A DNA stretch of 50,397 nt, filler included, from Jimgerdemannia flammicorona (taxonomy: Eukaryota): the NCBI GenBank assembly GCA_003990765.1. It is 2 parts of 2 records of this genome, joined end to end, with 100 filler letters (N's around TTAATTAATTAA, not from the genome) between each part and the next. Parts side by side here need not be neighbours in the genome. Positions count along the whole stretch, not along the records: positions 1 to 25,151 come from RBNJ01000876.1; positions 25,252 to 50,397 come from RBNJ01000877.1. The stretch is one strand, 5' to 3'. Below the pieces are notes generated by a model. That model ran no database searches. It saw only the letters and a list, made by a program, of their open reading frames with translations, and was not told the DNA's origin. A program made the translations under genes and the position numbers. Shown piece by piece: positions 25,138-37,053 of the stretch (within the stretch, counting starts at the first letter, position 1; each line of letters starts with the position of its first letter).

Positions 25138-27222
25138 TTTTTTTTTTTTTTNNNNNNNNNNNNNNNNNNNNNNNNNNNNNNNNNNNNNNNNNNNNTTAAT
25201 TAATTAANNNNNNNNNNNNNNNNNNNNNNNNNNNNNNNNNNNNNNNNNNNNCCACCTTATCATCTACTACTTCAACCCTCCCCCCACTCTGCTGATAAAT
25301 CTTCCCCACTAAGTAATATTGATAACTCTCTTGCAGACTCTATCCCAGCCACCAACCCATCAAGACATCTACTATTCACCCTTCTCACCTTGTCAGTCAC
25401 TCTCCTAAACTCAATTATCTCTCCTCCTCAAAAACAAATAAGCAGTGTCTAGCTAGCCCTACCTATATAGCTAGAGCCCATCTAATTATAAGCCACTCAT
25501 TTCCAATTTCCCCTACCAATCTATCTCTCAAATCTCCCCATCTATCTCACTCATCAACCTCCCTTTTCATCACTCTCAATCAAGTCCCAACTGCTAACTA
25601 AAAGTCTCCAAGTACCTCACACTCTACAAGCCAATATTCTGGTATCTGAATAAAACACCCTTCCTGTTCTACATTATAACACTCCTTATACTCAAATTGT
25701 CCCCCCTCTATAAGATGGCCTGAGCAAAAGTTGAGTATGATATACCTTCTTAGCAAATGCTACCATACCACCTAGAACTTAGATAGCAGCCAATGCTATA
25801 CCTCTGTAATCCAGATCCAAATTCCATTTCAGTCTCACTCTTCTCTAATACCTACTATCTGCCAGCTACTGGGCTATGCATCCTGTCCTAATCCTCTCTA
25901 GTACTCCACTCTATCACTAATATCAAAGTCAATCAGCAGTATACCCCCCAATAACATTCAGTCACATCTCTACATTGCCAGGCCCATAGTATCTCTCTAT
26001 TATTCTCTTACTAGCAAAGACCAATGTGATGTGCCCCATCAACTACCTCCCACCAGAAGCCCTTATACTACATACACCCACTACTCTTAAGCTCAATCAA
26101 GAACAATAGATCTCTAGTAGAGCCTCTTGGTAGAAACTACATCTTTCAGACCTTTTGCATCAGAGAAACCCAACCACCCCCTCTTAGTTCTATAGCTCTC
26201 TTCAGCCATCATATTCTCAGACAATAAAATCTCTTCAGAAAGTCCACTAGCCCATGACCTCCTCTATCTACTAATAATGACAGAATCTCCCAGCTAATCT
26301 GACTTCTTCTCTCAGCTCAGATCCAGTCTTTGACTAGCTTCAAAAGCCTCTTCACTACTCCGATCAGAAAGTCTAAATGATATGCCAAATACCACAGCTT
26401 CAAAAGCCAATAAATATTCAGGATTGAGACACAGCCCACTAAAGAGATGTAGTAGCCTCTCCAGTTCTATAGAGCCTCTCCCCAAATAGCCACCCTCTGC
26501 TCCCACCAAATTCTAGACAGAACAGATCTATAGACTAAGAGAAAAATGTCCAAGATCCACACAGTATCTCCAGCAGAGACAATTGTTCCAATGATATCTT
26601 CTCCCATCAGACTATTACCTAACACTATTGTCTCATACTTGTACCAGTTTAGTTTCACTCCAGAGTATATCTCATATCACTCTACTGTATCCTGAAGAGC
26701 TTCTATATCTGCAATTGACCCAAGGCCCACCACTATGCAATCTGCAAAGGCCCCAACCTTCTAGACAATTTCAAACATAGAAAGCCCCACCATCTTGCAC
26801 TAAATCCTATTCATCAATGGCTCTAAGAATAGAGCATATAAGATAAGAGACAGTGGGTCCCCCTGGGAAATACCTCTATCTAGAGAGAATATTACCCCCT
26901 GATAACTATTATATATGAACACCACTCTACTTCCTTCCAGTAGACTGATTATTGGCACTCAGAACTGCCAGAAGACTCCAATCCTATCCAGCATCTTTAC
27001 TAATCAGATCTACTGGACATAGTCATAGGTCTTCTCCTGATCTATGAAGATCAATCTCTCATCTAGCTCACAGGCTTAAGCTTCTTCAATAATACCATAA
27101 ACCCAAGCTATACCATCTCTGATAAGCCAGCCCCCAACAAAGCCTCTCTACTCCTCACCCAGAACTTGCTGGGCCACCTTCTACAGTCTTGCCACAAAAT
27201 CTTAGTAACTATCTTTCTGTTC
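25138..27222 (-). mobile_element. LINE C: 3' half of a third L1/Tx1-like LINE; poly-T 25138-25151 is its probable tail, across the gap
   Basis: DQEKTYD (about 27030), GISQGDPLS (about 26860), KVGAFAD (about 26745), KLNWYKYE (26658). The C-terminal region is homologous to 17200-17400. Confidence 0.85.
25152..25251. other. Artificial 100-nt scaffold gap with six-frame stop linker
   Basis: N44-TTAATTAATTAA (25196-25207)-N44. Confidence 0.97.
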
Positions 27223-27265
27223 ATATTTCTTCTCAAATATAAGGACTAAGTTATATAACTCTATC

Positions 27266-27569
27266 TAGTGCTCTCAATGAATTAAATTGAATTAAATTTA
27301 ACTCAAATTCAATTTGATTCAATTGAATCAAAGGTCAAATTCATTTCTATTCAAAATTCAATTTGAATCCTATTTTTCAAATATAATAATTTGATAAATA
27401 TATATCCAAATTCAAAGAACTTTAGCTTGTTAGATTCTCTTATATAAGATGAATATAACAAGCTAAAGATTATTAAATTTGGACATATTTTTGTCAAGTT
27501 ATTACATTTCTAAAAATAGGATTCAAATTAAACCTTTGATTTGAAAATTTAATTTATTTGAGAGCATTA
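27266..27569. mobile_element. hAT-type MITE (TAGTGC-ended family), copy 1
   Basis: TIRs tagtgctctcaatgaattaaatt / aatttaatttatttgagagcatta. 8-bp TSD actctatc / gttctatc. Central palindrome. Confidence 0.88.
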
Positions 27570-28149
27570 GTTCTATCATCTCTACCAAGACCCTTGGGAC
27601 TTCTACTATTCTTTCAAAAGTCCCAAAGCAGATCATCCTCACTGGGAGCTGTGCTCAGTTTTGTAGCTGACAAGATACTTAAAATTTTATCCTCCTAAAC
27701 TAGCTGAACCAAGTTCTCAAAACTATCAATCTGTAGAGAGTATCAATTCTCCAGAGAGTACTCAATTGTCTTCTCATTTTATAATCAAACCTAAAACCAT
27801 CTTGACAGTCACTACTAGCTTCTAGAAATACAAAGTGATGACAAATTCCAAGATTGATTTTTTGAGTAATAGGGCTACTGCTAACTCTATTACACTATTA
27901 GTCAGATCATCTATCTCTATATACTCCATCTGCTCAATCCTACCATCAGTTATTAAATTTAGATTTTTTCCAGATTCATCATTATACTACTATCAGTAGT
28001 TACTTCTCAGTTCTCAGCAATAACTCTCTCAGTCCTTACACTAGTCCTATTAGGTAGAATTCCTCTAGCCCTCCCAGTATTTGACTTTCTCTCCCTTTTT
28101 TTGTTTTGTTTTACAGACTCAGAGTCTCATAGATTTTTATTAAAAGGGA

Positions 28150-29130
28150 ACCTAGACTATATAGGCCAAAACTCTCCCCCACCACCCACCCATCAAGCAC
28201 TGTCCCCCCATTAACCTAGGCTAGCTATTGTCCAGTAGCTTGACTATGCTAGATGCAGTAGAGCCTATAGTGGCCCATACCTCATTCTGCACACCATACT
28301 CTCCCTACTATCAGAGAGAACTCAGCCATATGCCAATGACCAAAAGTGCATGCCCAAAACCCCAATGTATGTATAAGGCCATGCTCAAGCTAAATATAAT
28401 AGCCCCTGCCACCCCAAGGAGGATAACAGACAAAGAAAAAACTCTCATCAAAGTATATTACAGTAAATAGGACCTGGTTCTCCCAGATGAAGTGAGTAGA
28501 GGACTTATATATAAGGCAGGAGAAGACCTTCAATACTCCACTACTCAAGCCTGTAGGCCTCAATCACATTTCTATATCAGCTTCTAGTTCTTAGTTAAGT
28601 ATAGCCAAGATGCCTGAAATGGGTAGTCTTGGGCCCCCCAACCCCCCCAAATGACCAGGGCTAACTCTATGAATTACCAAAAGAAGCTAAGAGTGACACC
28701 TACTATCTAACCACTCTGCATCAATCAAAAGACCCTACTGAAGTAGTACTCACTCTAGCTCTGATGACTACCTCTAGCCTGGTATCCTACTAGTTTACCA
28801 TAATTGTCCTTCCTCCTATCTGTGATGGCCATCTCCTCTCCCAATCTGATATCACCTGAGAAACAGTTACTTATACCAGAACTATGCTCACTGAGAAGCT
28901 CACTAAAGCAAGAGGACTCCACCATAGGTACCAAGGATCTGTAGATAACCTATAATGAGCACTTGATGCTCAAGATCAGCTGACTTCCTACATAATCCAT
29001 GATATACCAAGATGATATCTTATTGGTAATGGCAAAAGAAAGAAGGTGCCACACCAAAACAGATATACTCCAGATACAGCCAAAGGCACTAGAAACTACA
29101 AAAATGTAAAGAAGACACCAATCTAACACT
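28150..29130 (+). pseudogene. Unidentified decayed coding sequence, probably TE-borne
   Basis: CpG-free, with protein-like stretches: ORF 28228-28470 continues past its stop, and VTYTRTMLTEKLTKARGLHHRYQGSVDNL... occupies about 28865-29125. No family recognised. Confidence 0.3.
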
Positions 29131-29499
29131 GATAAAGGGGCAACTTATCACCATTGTCTCCCTCCCACTATCCAGTAATAGGTATAGTAAACTAACCTGA
29201 GATAGAGAGGGTATTAGTTAGAGAAGTGGATTCAGAAGGTTGTCTACCAAACCATTGTGACCAGTAAGGTAGTGGAGAAAGGAATAGACTGACTTTCTCT
29301 TCTCCTTCTACTATCTATCTCTAGTATCTTCAGACCAGCTATCTATCTTTATCTTATCAGCAAAGCTCATCAGCCCAGATCTCTTACTGTCTATACTGTA
29401 CTGTAGATCCTCTTCAGCTCTCCTCTATCTGTCAGCACTGTTAAAGAAGCCCATTCTCCTACTATAATTTCTCCTGATATATAGTTAGTCAAATGCTTA

Positions 29500-31448
29500 A
29501 GATCTCTCCAACTTAGCATATCTATTAAAACTCTCATTTATTGATATATTATTAATACCTTTTTCTAGTAAATAGTATGAAAAGTATTGTAAGTTATTTG
29601 TATAATATAAATTATATATATCTATCATACTTATCTTTCCATAATAATTAGTTATATCTAAATATATTGTAGAGCATAATGGTTTATCTATATGGTAAAT
29701 TTCTTATAAGAAGAAAATATCTCTATAATTGCAGAGATCAGATGATTGTGAGGAGTTTCTTATCTTATATTGTATGTTTTTTTTATACTCATTCAGCTTC
29801 TGGAATAGATATGTGACTGAGTGTTTATACTGAGTCAATATAGCTCTAATGATGATATTTAAGACATCTATAGTAATAGTAAAGGATATGGTAAAGTCTG
29901 GGCTAATCAGGATTAGTATATTACTTAGTATTTTCTTAAGAGTATTCATTGCTATAGTACATTCTTCTGTCTATTCTTTTTGATATTGGTCCCCTCCTTG
30001 TAAAGACTTATAAGTAGAGAGATAATTGCTGACAACTTTTGAATAAATCTTTAATAATATCCAGCTAATCCATTGAATTCTTATAAAGACTTGAGGGTCT
30101 TTGGAATAGGTTAGTTGCAGATTGATTTAGTCTTTTTGAGATCAATGACAATACTATTTACTAAGACAATATATTCTAAATATTTGATTTTCTTCTTAAA
30201 GAAGTAGTTCTTTTTCTTTTTTACTAAGAGCTTATATTCTCAGTAGTACTCTTAATAAATAAAATTAAATTGAATTTGATACAAATTCAATTCAATTCAA
30301 AATTTTATTTAAACCCTATTTTCAAAATATAATAACTTGATAAATATATATCTAAATTTAATAAACTTTTACCTGTTAGATTTTCTTATATAAAGTAAAT
30401 TTAATAAGTTAAATATTATTAAATTTGGAAATATTTTTATTGAGTTATTAAATTTCTAAAATAAGGGTTTAAATCAGACTCTTGATTCAAATTTATTCAA
30501 ATTGAAAAATCCCCAATTCAATTTGATTTAAACAATCCTCAATTTAATTCAATTTGAATTAATTTTATTTGTTTAGAAGTACTAGTTCTCAGAGTATATT
30601 AAAAATCATTTATAGATATTATCAGTAGATAGTATTACTTATGCTATATACTAGAATATCATCCAAGTATACTAAAATTAATACTTTAAGATATTTTCAA
30701 AATATATTATTCATTAGTATCTAAAGCTTGCTAGTATATTAGAGAGTTTAAAAAATATTATACAGAATTCATAATGTCTAAATATTGTTCAAAATACTGT
30801 TTTGGAGATATCTTCTTTAATATAAATTTAGTAATATTCAGATACAAGATTGATGAGTGAAAAGATCTTAGTATAGTTAAGTAGTTCATCAATTAATGAG
30901 AGTATATATCAATTCTTAATAGATATTATATTATATATATGTACTCAATAATTAATATATATTAGAGACTATTATTCTTCTTACAGATAAAGAGAATTAA
31001 TATACTAAATAATAATTTCAACAGATATTTGAGGTCTTTATTTTATAGGTCTGCTAGCTATTCCTTGAGAGTCTCTAGCTTGAACTAAGTCAGTTAATAG
31101 ATTTTATAGTAGAAAGGGTCTGCTTCTGAAGTAGTTTTGATATTATATTACTGCTTGGGTAGATAGTAGTTCTTGGAGTTCTTGAAAGACATCTTTATAG
31201 TCTTTGAGTAGTTTCTAGAGGCTTTCTTCTTTATTGTCTTTATCTTTCATTAGTTCAGAAGATTATTATCATCATTATCATCTTCTACTGATAGCTTTTT
31301 GATAGTATATATATATAAATATACTGCTCTGATTTCTAAATTAGCTTCTTTATTTAAATGGTAGAGATATCACACTTGGGTTTTACTTTCTTCTTAGCCT
31401 GTTTTAGTTATAGTCTGATATATTCTAAAGAGATTATATTGATTCATC
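29500..31448 (-). mobile_element. E4: decayed Ty3/gypsy pol fragment (RT-RNaseH) related to E3
   Basis: LILISPDFTISFTITIDVLNIIIRAILTQ (decayed RNase H TDAS region, 29704-29949). ILVYLDDILVYS at about 30650-30680. Confidence 0.8.
30244..30584. mobile_element. hAT-type MITE, copy 2, inserted in E4 RT
   Basis: TIRs tagtactcttaataaataaaatt / aattttatttgtttagaagtacta. 8-bp TSD attctcag / gttctcag. Internal homology to copy 1. Confidence 0.88.
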
Positions 31449-31640
31449 TAGTGCCCAGAATAAATTGAATTAAATTGAATTTATCTCTAATTCAATTAAA
31501 TTTAAATTAAGACTCAATTCAATTTGATTTAAATCAAATTAAGGTCTAATTTAATTTCAAATCTAATTTTTCAAAATTCAATAACTCAATCAAAATATAT
31601 TCAAATTTAATAAATTTTAGCTTGTTTAATATATCTTATG
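31449..31640. mobile_element. hAT-type MITE, copy 3 (one half only)
   Basis: Starts tagtgcccagaataaattgaattaaatt and has one arm of the central palindrome. No right TIR found. Confidence 0.7.
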
Positions 31641-32036
31641 ATAGATTAACTTAGAATATAAGTATGGTCTTCTCACTAGTACAAAAACTCAAAAGTGATA
31701 ACTAAACTCTACAACAATAGGTAATTAGAACTCAGAACTTAGAGCCAATAGTCACTATTGATTATCTATAATATATTAATTCTATTGATATATATATAGT
31801 TTTATTACAATATTGATAGTATCTTATTTCAATTTTCTTAATTATAGAATATATATAAAACTAGTTAAACTGAGTATAAATTTTTATTTCTGAACCTACA
31901 ATTCTATACAATAAGTCTCAGTTACTGGATAATAAGTATCTAGTATTGTTATCAAAGTAAGAGTATATCATTTGTTACTTTTTATATAGTATTATTATTT
32001 ATATAAATGCTTAAAACATATCTATTATTATAAAAC

Positions 32037-32288
32037 TAGAGATCCCAATAACTAGCCATATGGCCAATGGCTGGCCAGAGTGGCTCAGCCTTAAATTTAC
32101 AGCCAACTGACCTTAAATTTAGCCTGGTCAGCTAGCCAATTCTGTCTCAACCTTAAATTTACAGTCAACTAGTCAAGTAGCATTTACAGACCTTTTATTT
32201 AATTTGGAAAATTTGGAAATCAAAACAGTTTAAGGCTGAGCCACCCTGGCCAGCCATTGGCCATATGGCCAGCTATCTGAGATCTCTA
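32037..32288. mobile_element. Second hAT-type MITE family (TAGAGATC ends, about 58-bp TIRs)
   Basis: tagagatcccaataactagccatatggccaatggctggccagagtggctcagccttaaa and its near-perfect inverse. Perfect 8-bp TSD tataaaac (32029-32036 / 32289-32296). Confidence 0.93.
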
Positions 32289-32419
32289 TATAAAACAACC
32301 TTTGTCAATCCAGAGTATGTATGCTTCTCTAACTTGGATAACTTTATGATGGCCGTTTCATTGAGAAGGGCATAAAATACAAAGGTGTAAATTTCTCTAT
32401 ATTTATTTACTTATTTATT

Positions 32420-33400
32420 TTTGCAACAAGGTTGTGGCGAGAACATAGGATCGCGTCGGATTGGATACGTCACAAGAAATTTGGTTGTGAAAACCCATCA
32501 ACCAGTATTTGCGTCTACATATACTTCAGCAGATGCAAATTTTCCATTAATCCCAAATGTTTTTGGTTGCAGATTCCATAAAGTGGGAGTTGTGTTTTCG
32601 AGAAGGGTAAACTTTAAATTTTTTCTGAGGTTCTCAGCTTGTGTTGTGTAAAAAAAAAACGTGGGCCCGTGCTTAGTGCATGGTATACCGAATAATCGTG
32701 CAAAACGAGATGTCCAGTTCCATTCTCTTTTGTGTTTACTGGAATGATGGCTTTGCGTAAATCGCGAAAATGGTTGATTATGTAATTGCTGAAACCCAAA
32801 TAGCACAAGCTGCTTGAACCCGGTCTTTGTATTTTCGATGCACTTGTGGTAATTGTCAAACACATATCTGCGTCTCATAGTTGACGTACTGCTCATTCGC
32901 CATGTTGAACCTTTAGGCTATGCATTGATGGGAAAAGTCTCATTTTTGTCGGGATACCCGATGCGCCTTGACAACTACCGTGGATAGACAGAATTTTAGG
33001 TGGCTCTATTAAAACCTTTTTTAAAATGACAATTCTTTCCAATATTTTCCATATTTCGCTAATAACGGAAGCAAGTCCAATACAATGTTGCTGATGATAT
33101 TGCTACGCTTTAATAGTGTGCAGCCGAGCTAATTATATCCGCTACAATATGTTTTTTCCACTATTCTATAGTAAATAATAATTTAAATACATCTCAGAAA
33201 TGATTTGGATCGCGTCCTCGTTTTTTACGCTACACCTTACCTTATCAGAAAGGACCCCTAACGATGCGAGTTGGTTGGAACCGGTTTTCGTTTTCGCCCT
33301 TGCTCAAGGATTCGTCAGTTGGCTCTAAATGCAACCAAGGCCGGCGAACGCCAACGGCAAAAATACCTCAGCGAAAGGTCGTAGAGTAACGGAGATGGAA
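32420..33400 (-). pseudogene. Possible frameshifted gene or pseudogene of unknown function
   Basis: Overlapping ORFs 32498-32896 and 32614-32865 can be joined at an A-run (about 32650). There is an upstream GTAAGG...CTATAG intron-like segment (about 33165-33240). No family recognised. Confidence 0.3.
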
Positions 33401-33490
33401 GGATAGCCAAAAAGAAAAAAAAAAAGAATATTTAATTCTGTTGTGGAATTCTCAGCATAAAGAGGATTGTTTTTATTGATTTGCATACAG

Positions 33491-33550
33491 CACGTCAAGA
33501 TCAGTGACGTAACCGGATGACGTCCCGAAGGATGACGTCACAGTCACGTG
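33491..33550. promoter_or_regulatory. Cluster of ATF/CRE-type (TGACGT) and E-box (CACGTG) motifs
   Basis: ACGTCA 33492, TGACGTAA 33505, TGACGTC 33518, TGACGTCA 33533 and GTCACGTG 33543: five ACGT cores in 60 bp. Confidence 0.65.
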
Positions 33551-34627
33551 TACAAGCCACAGGTGGTGTATTTTATGAACAGAAGAGAGATTGAGGCCCA
33601 ACCCCTTAGGAGCTCCCAATAGCTAGTGCAATTCGTGGTACCTCCTGTAGACCAAGTACGGCTTCTCACGACATAGGGCTGAAGGTGCTGCGCAATTTTC
33701 CTACACAAAGAAGGGAATACCTGTCGTATGCACAGTAAATAGATGAGGCGATGACGGGGGTGCGAAAACTAGCTGGCCTCTTCTTGACATCCCCACACCG
33801 ACGAATGTGGCATTAGGGGATAACAGGGTGGTGGCGGGATAGGAGATGTGATGGCAAAAAAAAAAAAAAAAAGCTTTTAAACGTTTGCCACATCCCCCAC
33901 ATCCCCCACGCCTCGAAAGAAAATATATTTAGTTGAGAGTTCCATCAAAAGCCCAAGCAATCACATCACGTCATATTCATGCCACACGATCTTTGCCATG
34001 TGTCAAAAATGAACGTCATTGTCCCTTACACCGCTCGTTTTCCCGCTGAAACTTGGCGCTTCAAATGATTGTCGGATTTAATGGTGATTCAATGGATGTA
34101 TTACACAACAGGGTGGTATGTGCAGATTTGGCGACAGTTGGGGGTTTAAAATTGACAATCAGAGAACCAGGACAGCTGCTATGCGAATTATACAGAAAAT
34201 AGAATGACGTTCTCTGACACGAAGTCCCGTGCATGGCATAAGTTTGCGCGGTGGTGTTTCGCCCATCTATTAGTAAAATTTCCGAATCACCGCTCAGATG
34301 TGTGAAGACCGACTAGAACGCCGAACCATCAGGCTAACGGTACCAGGTGCTCAAAATTTTCTGGAAAAAACGCCTCGTGCATCAGAGTAGGATATTGTCT
34401 CGACCATGTTTATCACATGGATTACGTTCATCACATGCATGACTGCAATTATGCTGTGAGTATATCGCATCATCCCTTTTTGTTAACAATATTGTCACAT
34501 TATGACAACGCGTTGGATACTAATATATAAACCACCTCTTTCCACAAGACAACTTCTGCACTACTTCCTGACAAATCAATCCACTCAACTCATTCCAACT
34601 ACTCAAAAGCACCCATTCCCCATCGCT

Positions 34628-35068
34628 ATGCCATCAAACAATATTAACCAACAGATCGTGAAATGCTTGGACGACCGGGATTCCATTCCCGTAAACCAAA
34701 ATGTTTTACATTTGATTCCCGGAGTCACAATCGTATGCGTTTTCATATATGGCTGCTTTACCTGCAGCCGCTTCTCCTCTACACTTCCTCCAATCACTTT
34801 ATCTCTACCACTCCAACTTTAGGGAAACCTCATCATGCGGATCACCCGCTTTAGAATAATTGTCGACAGGAGAGTGACGCCCCCGATTTCCGGAGACGGT
34901 AAGTTTTTTAATTTGTCTTTGTTGTTCCACTTCCATTCGTCACGACCCTCTTGTGTCTTCGAATTTGCTGCAACATCTTTGCGATACTTTATATTCTTGC
35001 CCAATTTCACAGCGGAGCCTCCCCCGCACCTGCCCTGGCTCTCGCTCCCGCCCCGCCTCTGCTCATAG
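34628..35068 (+). CDS. Small 3-exon hypothetical gene (exons 34628-34732, 34823-34898, 35013-35068; about 78 aa)
   Basis: TATATAAA at about 34524, C/A-rich leader, ATG at 34628. Introns GTATGC...TTTAG and GTAAGT...CACAG have compatible phases. Product: MPSNNINQQIVKCLDDRDSIPVNQNVLHLIPGVTI-GNLIMRITRFRIIVDRRVTPPISGD-AEPPPHLPWLSLPPRLCS. Confidence 0.5.
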
Positions 35069-35072
35069 TCAT

Positions 35073-35212
35073 GACCCCGCTCTCGGTCCTGCACCCGTCC
35101 CCGGTTCCAACCTTGTTCCTGCTCGTGGCGCCTGATCCAGCTCTCGGTCCTGCACCCGTCCCCGGCTCCAACCTTGTTCCTGCTCGTGGCGCCTGATCCC
35201 GCCCCCGGCCCT
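35073..35212 (+). repeat. 61-bp tandem repeat (2.3 copies)
   Basis: Units start at 35073, 35134 and 35195 (gacccc/gatcca gctctcggtcctgcacccgtccccgg...gctcgtggcgcct). Confidence 0.92.
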
Positions 35213-35618
35213 AACTCTTTTCCTGCGTATCTGTTCATTCAATGGTATTCATGCGTGCGCAACGGCGGAGCTGCTGCAGGAGTGGCGCCGCCGTGGGATC
35301 ACGACATTGACGGCGGACGCCAATATGAAATGGGGGTGAGCTTCTGTTAGTAATTTGGAGTTCTGGAAGAAGGGGATTGTTTATTTTGATATTCTTGTAA
35401 TGCATTCCAGAAATTATTGATGACGTAAAGATTGATGACTTTTGAAGACGTTTACATTTAAACATAAGCTATTCAAATTTCCGTTACTCAAGATATAACG
35501 AATGTAAGCAAAGAAGGAATGACAAACGAACTACATGTAAGCAAAAGAAGAACCATCTGATTCATATAATATAGGAAATGTAGTGAAAATGTAGAATGTA
35601 GATATATATTGAATATAT

Positions 35619-36927
35619 TGTAATGGTGACCTCAGAATGGTGACCATATGGCATGAGCATGACTTATTCAGGCTATAAGATAAGTAATGATGATTAATTA
35701 TGAGTTGTAATGACCACAAGATAGATATCTTGAGAAATATAAAAGAAGGATAAGAAACTGCAGTAGCAGCAATTCAAACAAGATTCACAAAATCCCTAAA
35801 TAGTTCAAAAGACTTATTATAAACAAAATACTTGCTGTTTATTAAATCATAAGATCTTGAAATTATTAAAGCTTTTTAGTTTAAGAAAGGATATTCCAAG
35901 ACATCAGGAAAGCTATGAGGACTTACACCAGAAGAATTTCTAGCTTCAACCTGAGTACTGGTGACTTTTATCACTTTACTCTCTACTGTTGTAAAATAGA
36001 GATAAGGATAACTACTGCTATGAAATGCTTCTGGATGTAGCAGGAATATGAAATAAGAAACCTTCTCTGCCAGGTGAATTCTCTTAGGTCAGTTCTCAAG
36101 AGATATAAGATATCACTTTTATAAATATATATAAATTGAGAGTAGCCAAAAATATCTATCAAGTTTTCAGATATGTATATATCTTGATCAATCTCCAACT
36201 TGGAGCTCACTAGAGTCTCAGACTTCAAAGAATTGTCAGCTCACTACACAGATACACTGGAGGCTATAGTGTCCACAGAAGCTCAATCTGCCATCATTCT
36301 CAAAAGTGATGAGATAGAAGAGTTTTGAAATCTCATCCTTAAGAATAATCCAGATTAATTCTTATAAGAATTAATCTTAATATTCCAAGGCTCCAGTATC
36401 CAGGTCAGACTCTCTCAAGATCTTACCTTTGTCTCCTACTTTATGGAGGAAAATATAATAGATTGAAGAATCCCTGATCTTCTTACTGTCATTGAACATG
36501 ATGATGTCACTGTTGATAACATCATCTCACTAATTGATACATATGAAATAAATAAAACAGAAATATTTACTGACCTTATTTCCTTCAAAGACATTCTGTC
36601 TCTAACCTCTAGCCTTGATGACAGTGATGAAGACAAAGTCTCCAGAATTTTGAACATTCTACTCTGATTTATTTATATAATCATTTATTTGAATACTTGA
36701 ATGTTCTGGCATTCTGACTTCATGCAACTATCAGAAATTATTCCAGTCTTCTACTCAATTCTATGCAAGTAAATCTAAGAGACAACAAAACAGTTTAAAT
36801 ATAAGAAGTTTGAGGACTATAAGATCTTAAGAAGGTACTTCAATAGAACTTACTTATAAGAAATTTAAAGTTGGTCTAAGAGATATATCTTCATATACTT
36901 GGAGAACTCAGTACTTACTATATGATA
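35619..36927 (+). repeat. E2 5' LTR (1309 bp; lacks the distal TATA/AATAAA segment)
   Basis: Starts TGTAATGGTGACCTCAGAATGG and ends tatgata (decayed TGTGACA). Homologous to 42542-44095. Confidence 0.93.
35828..36667 (+). pseudogene. LTR-encoded ORF, 5' LTR copy
   Basis: Colinear with the ORFs at 42780-43591 and 44347-45191. TATAAAA at 35738. Confidence 0.75.
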
Positions 36928-37053
36928 ACTTGGTGTCTATTGGCTGGTAATATCATTAGGATATCTCACTTTCAAGCTGAGTAATGAACAATTACCAAAA
37001 CAACTACTCTGACTACAAGAGTTATTTTTACAAAAATTCAAGATAAGATAGAA

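Larger units (their letters stand above)
32350..35530. other. CpG-retaining (putatively unmethylated, single-copy) island
   Basis: CG dinucleotides occur on nearly every line here and are almost absent in the flanking repeats. Confidence 0.9.

Noticed and set aside
25152..25251. Palindromic TTAATTAATTAA inside Ns
   Set aside because: It is an assembly linker with stops in all six frames. It is not biological, and contiguity across it is unproven.
33814..33832. Near match to the I-SceI site / LSU rRNA motif (GGGATAACAGGGT)
   Set aside because: Only a 13-bp core matches and there is no flanking rRNA-like sequence. Best treated as chance.
34819..35238. 139-aa minus-strand ORF
   Set aside because: It crosses the plus-strand introns and GC-rich repeat. 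The TATA and splice signals support the plus strand.
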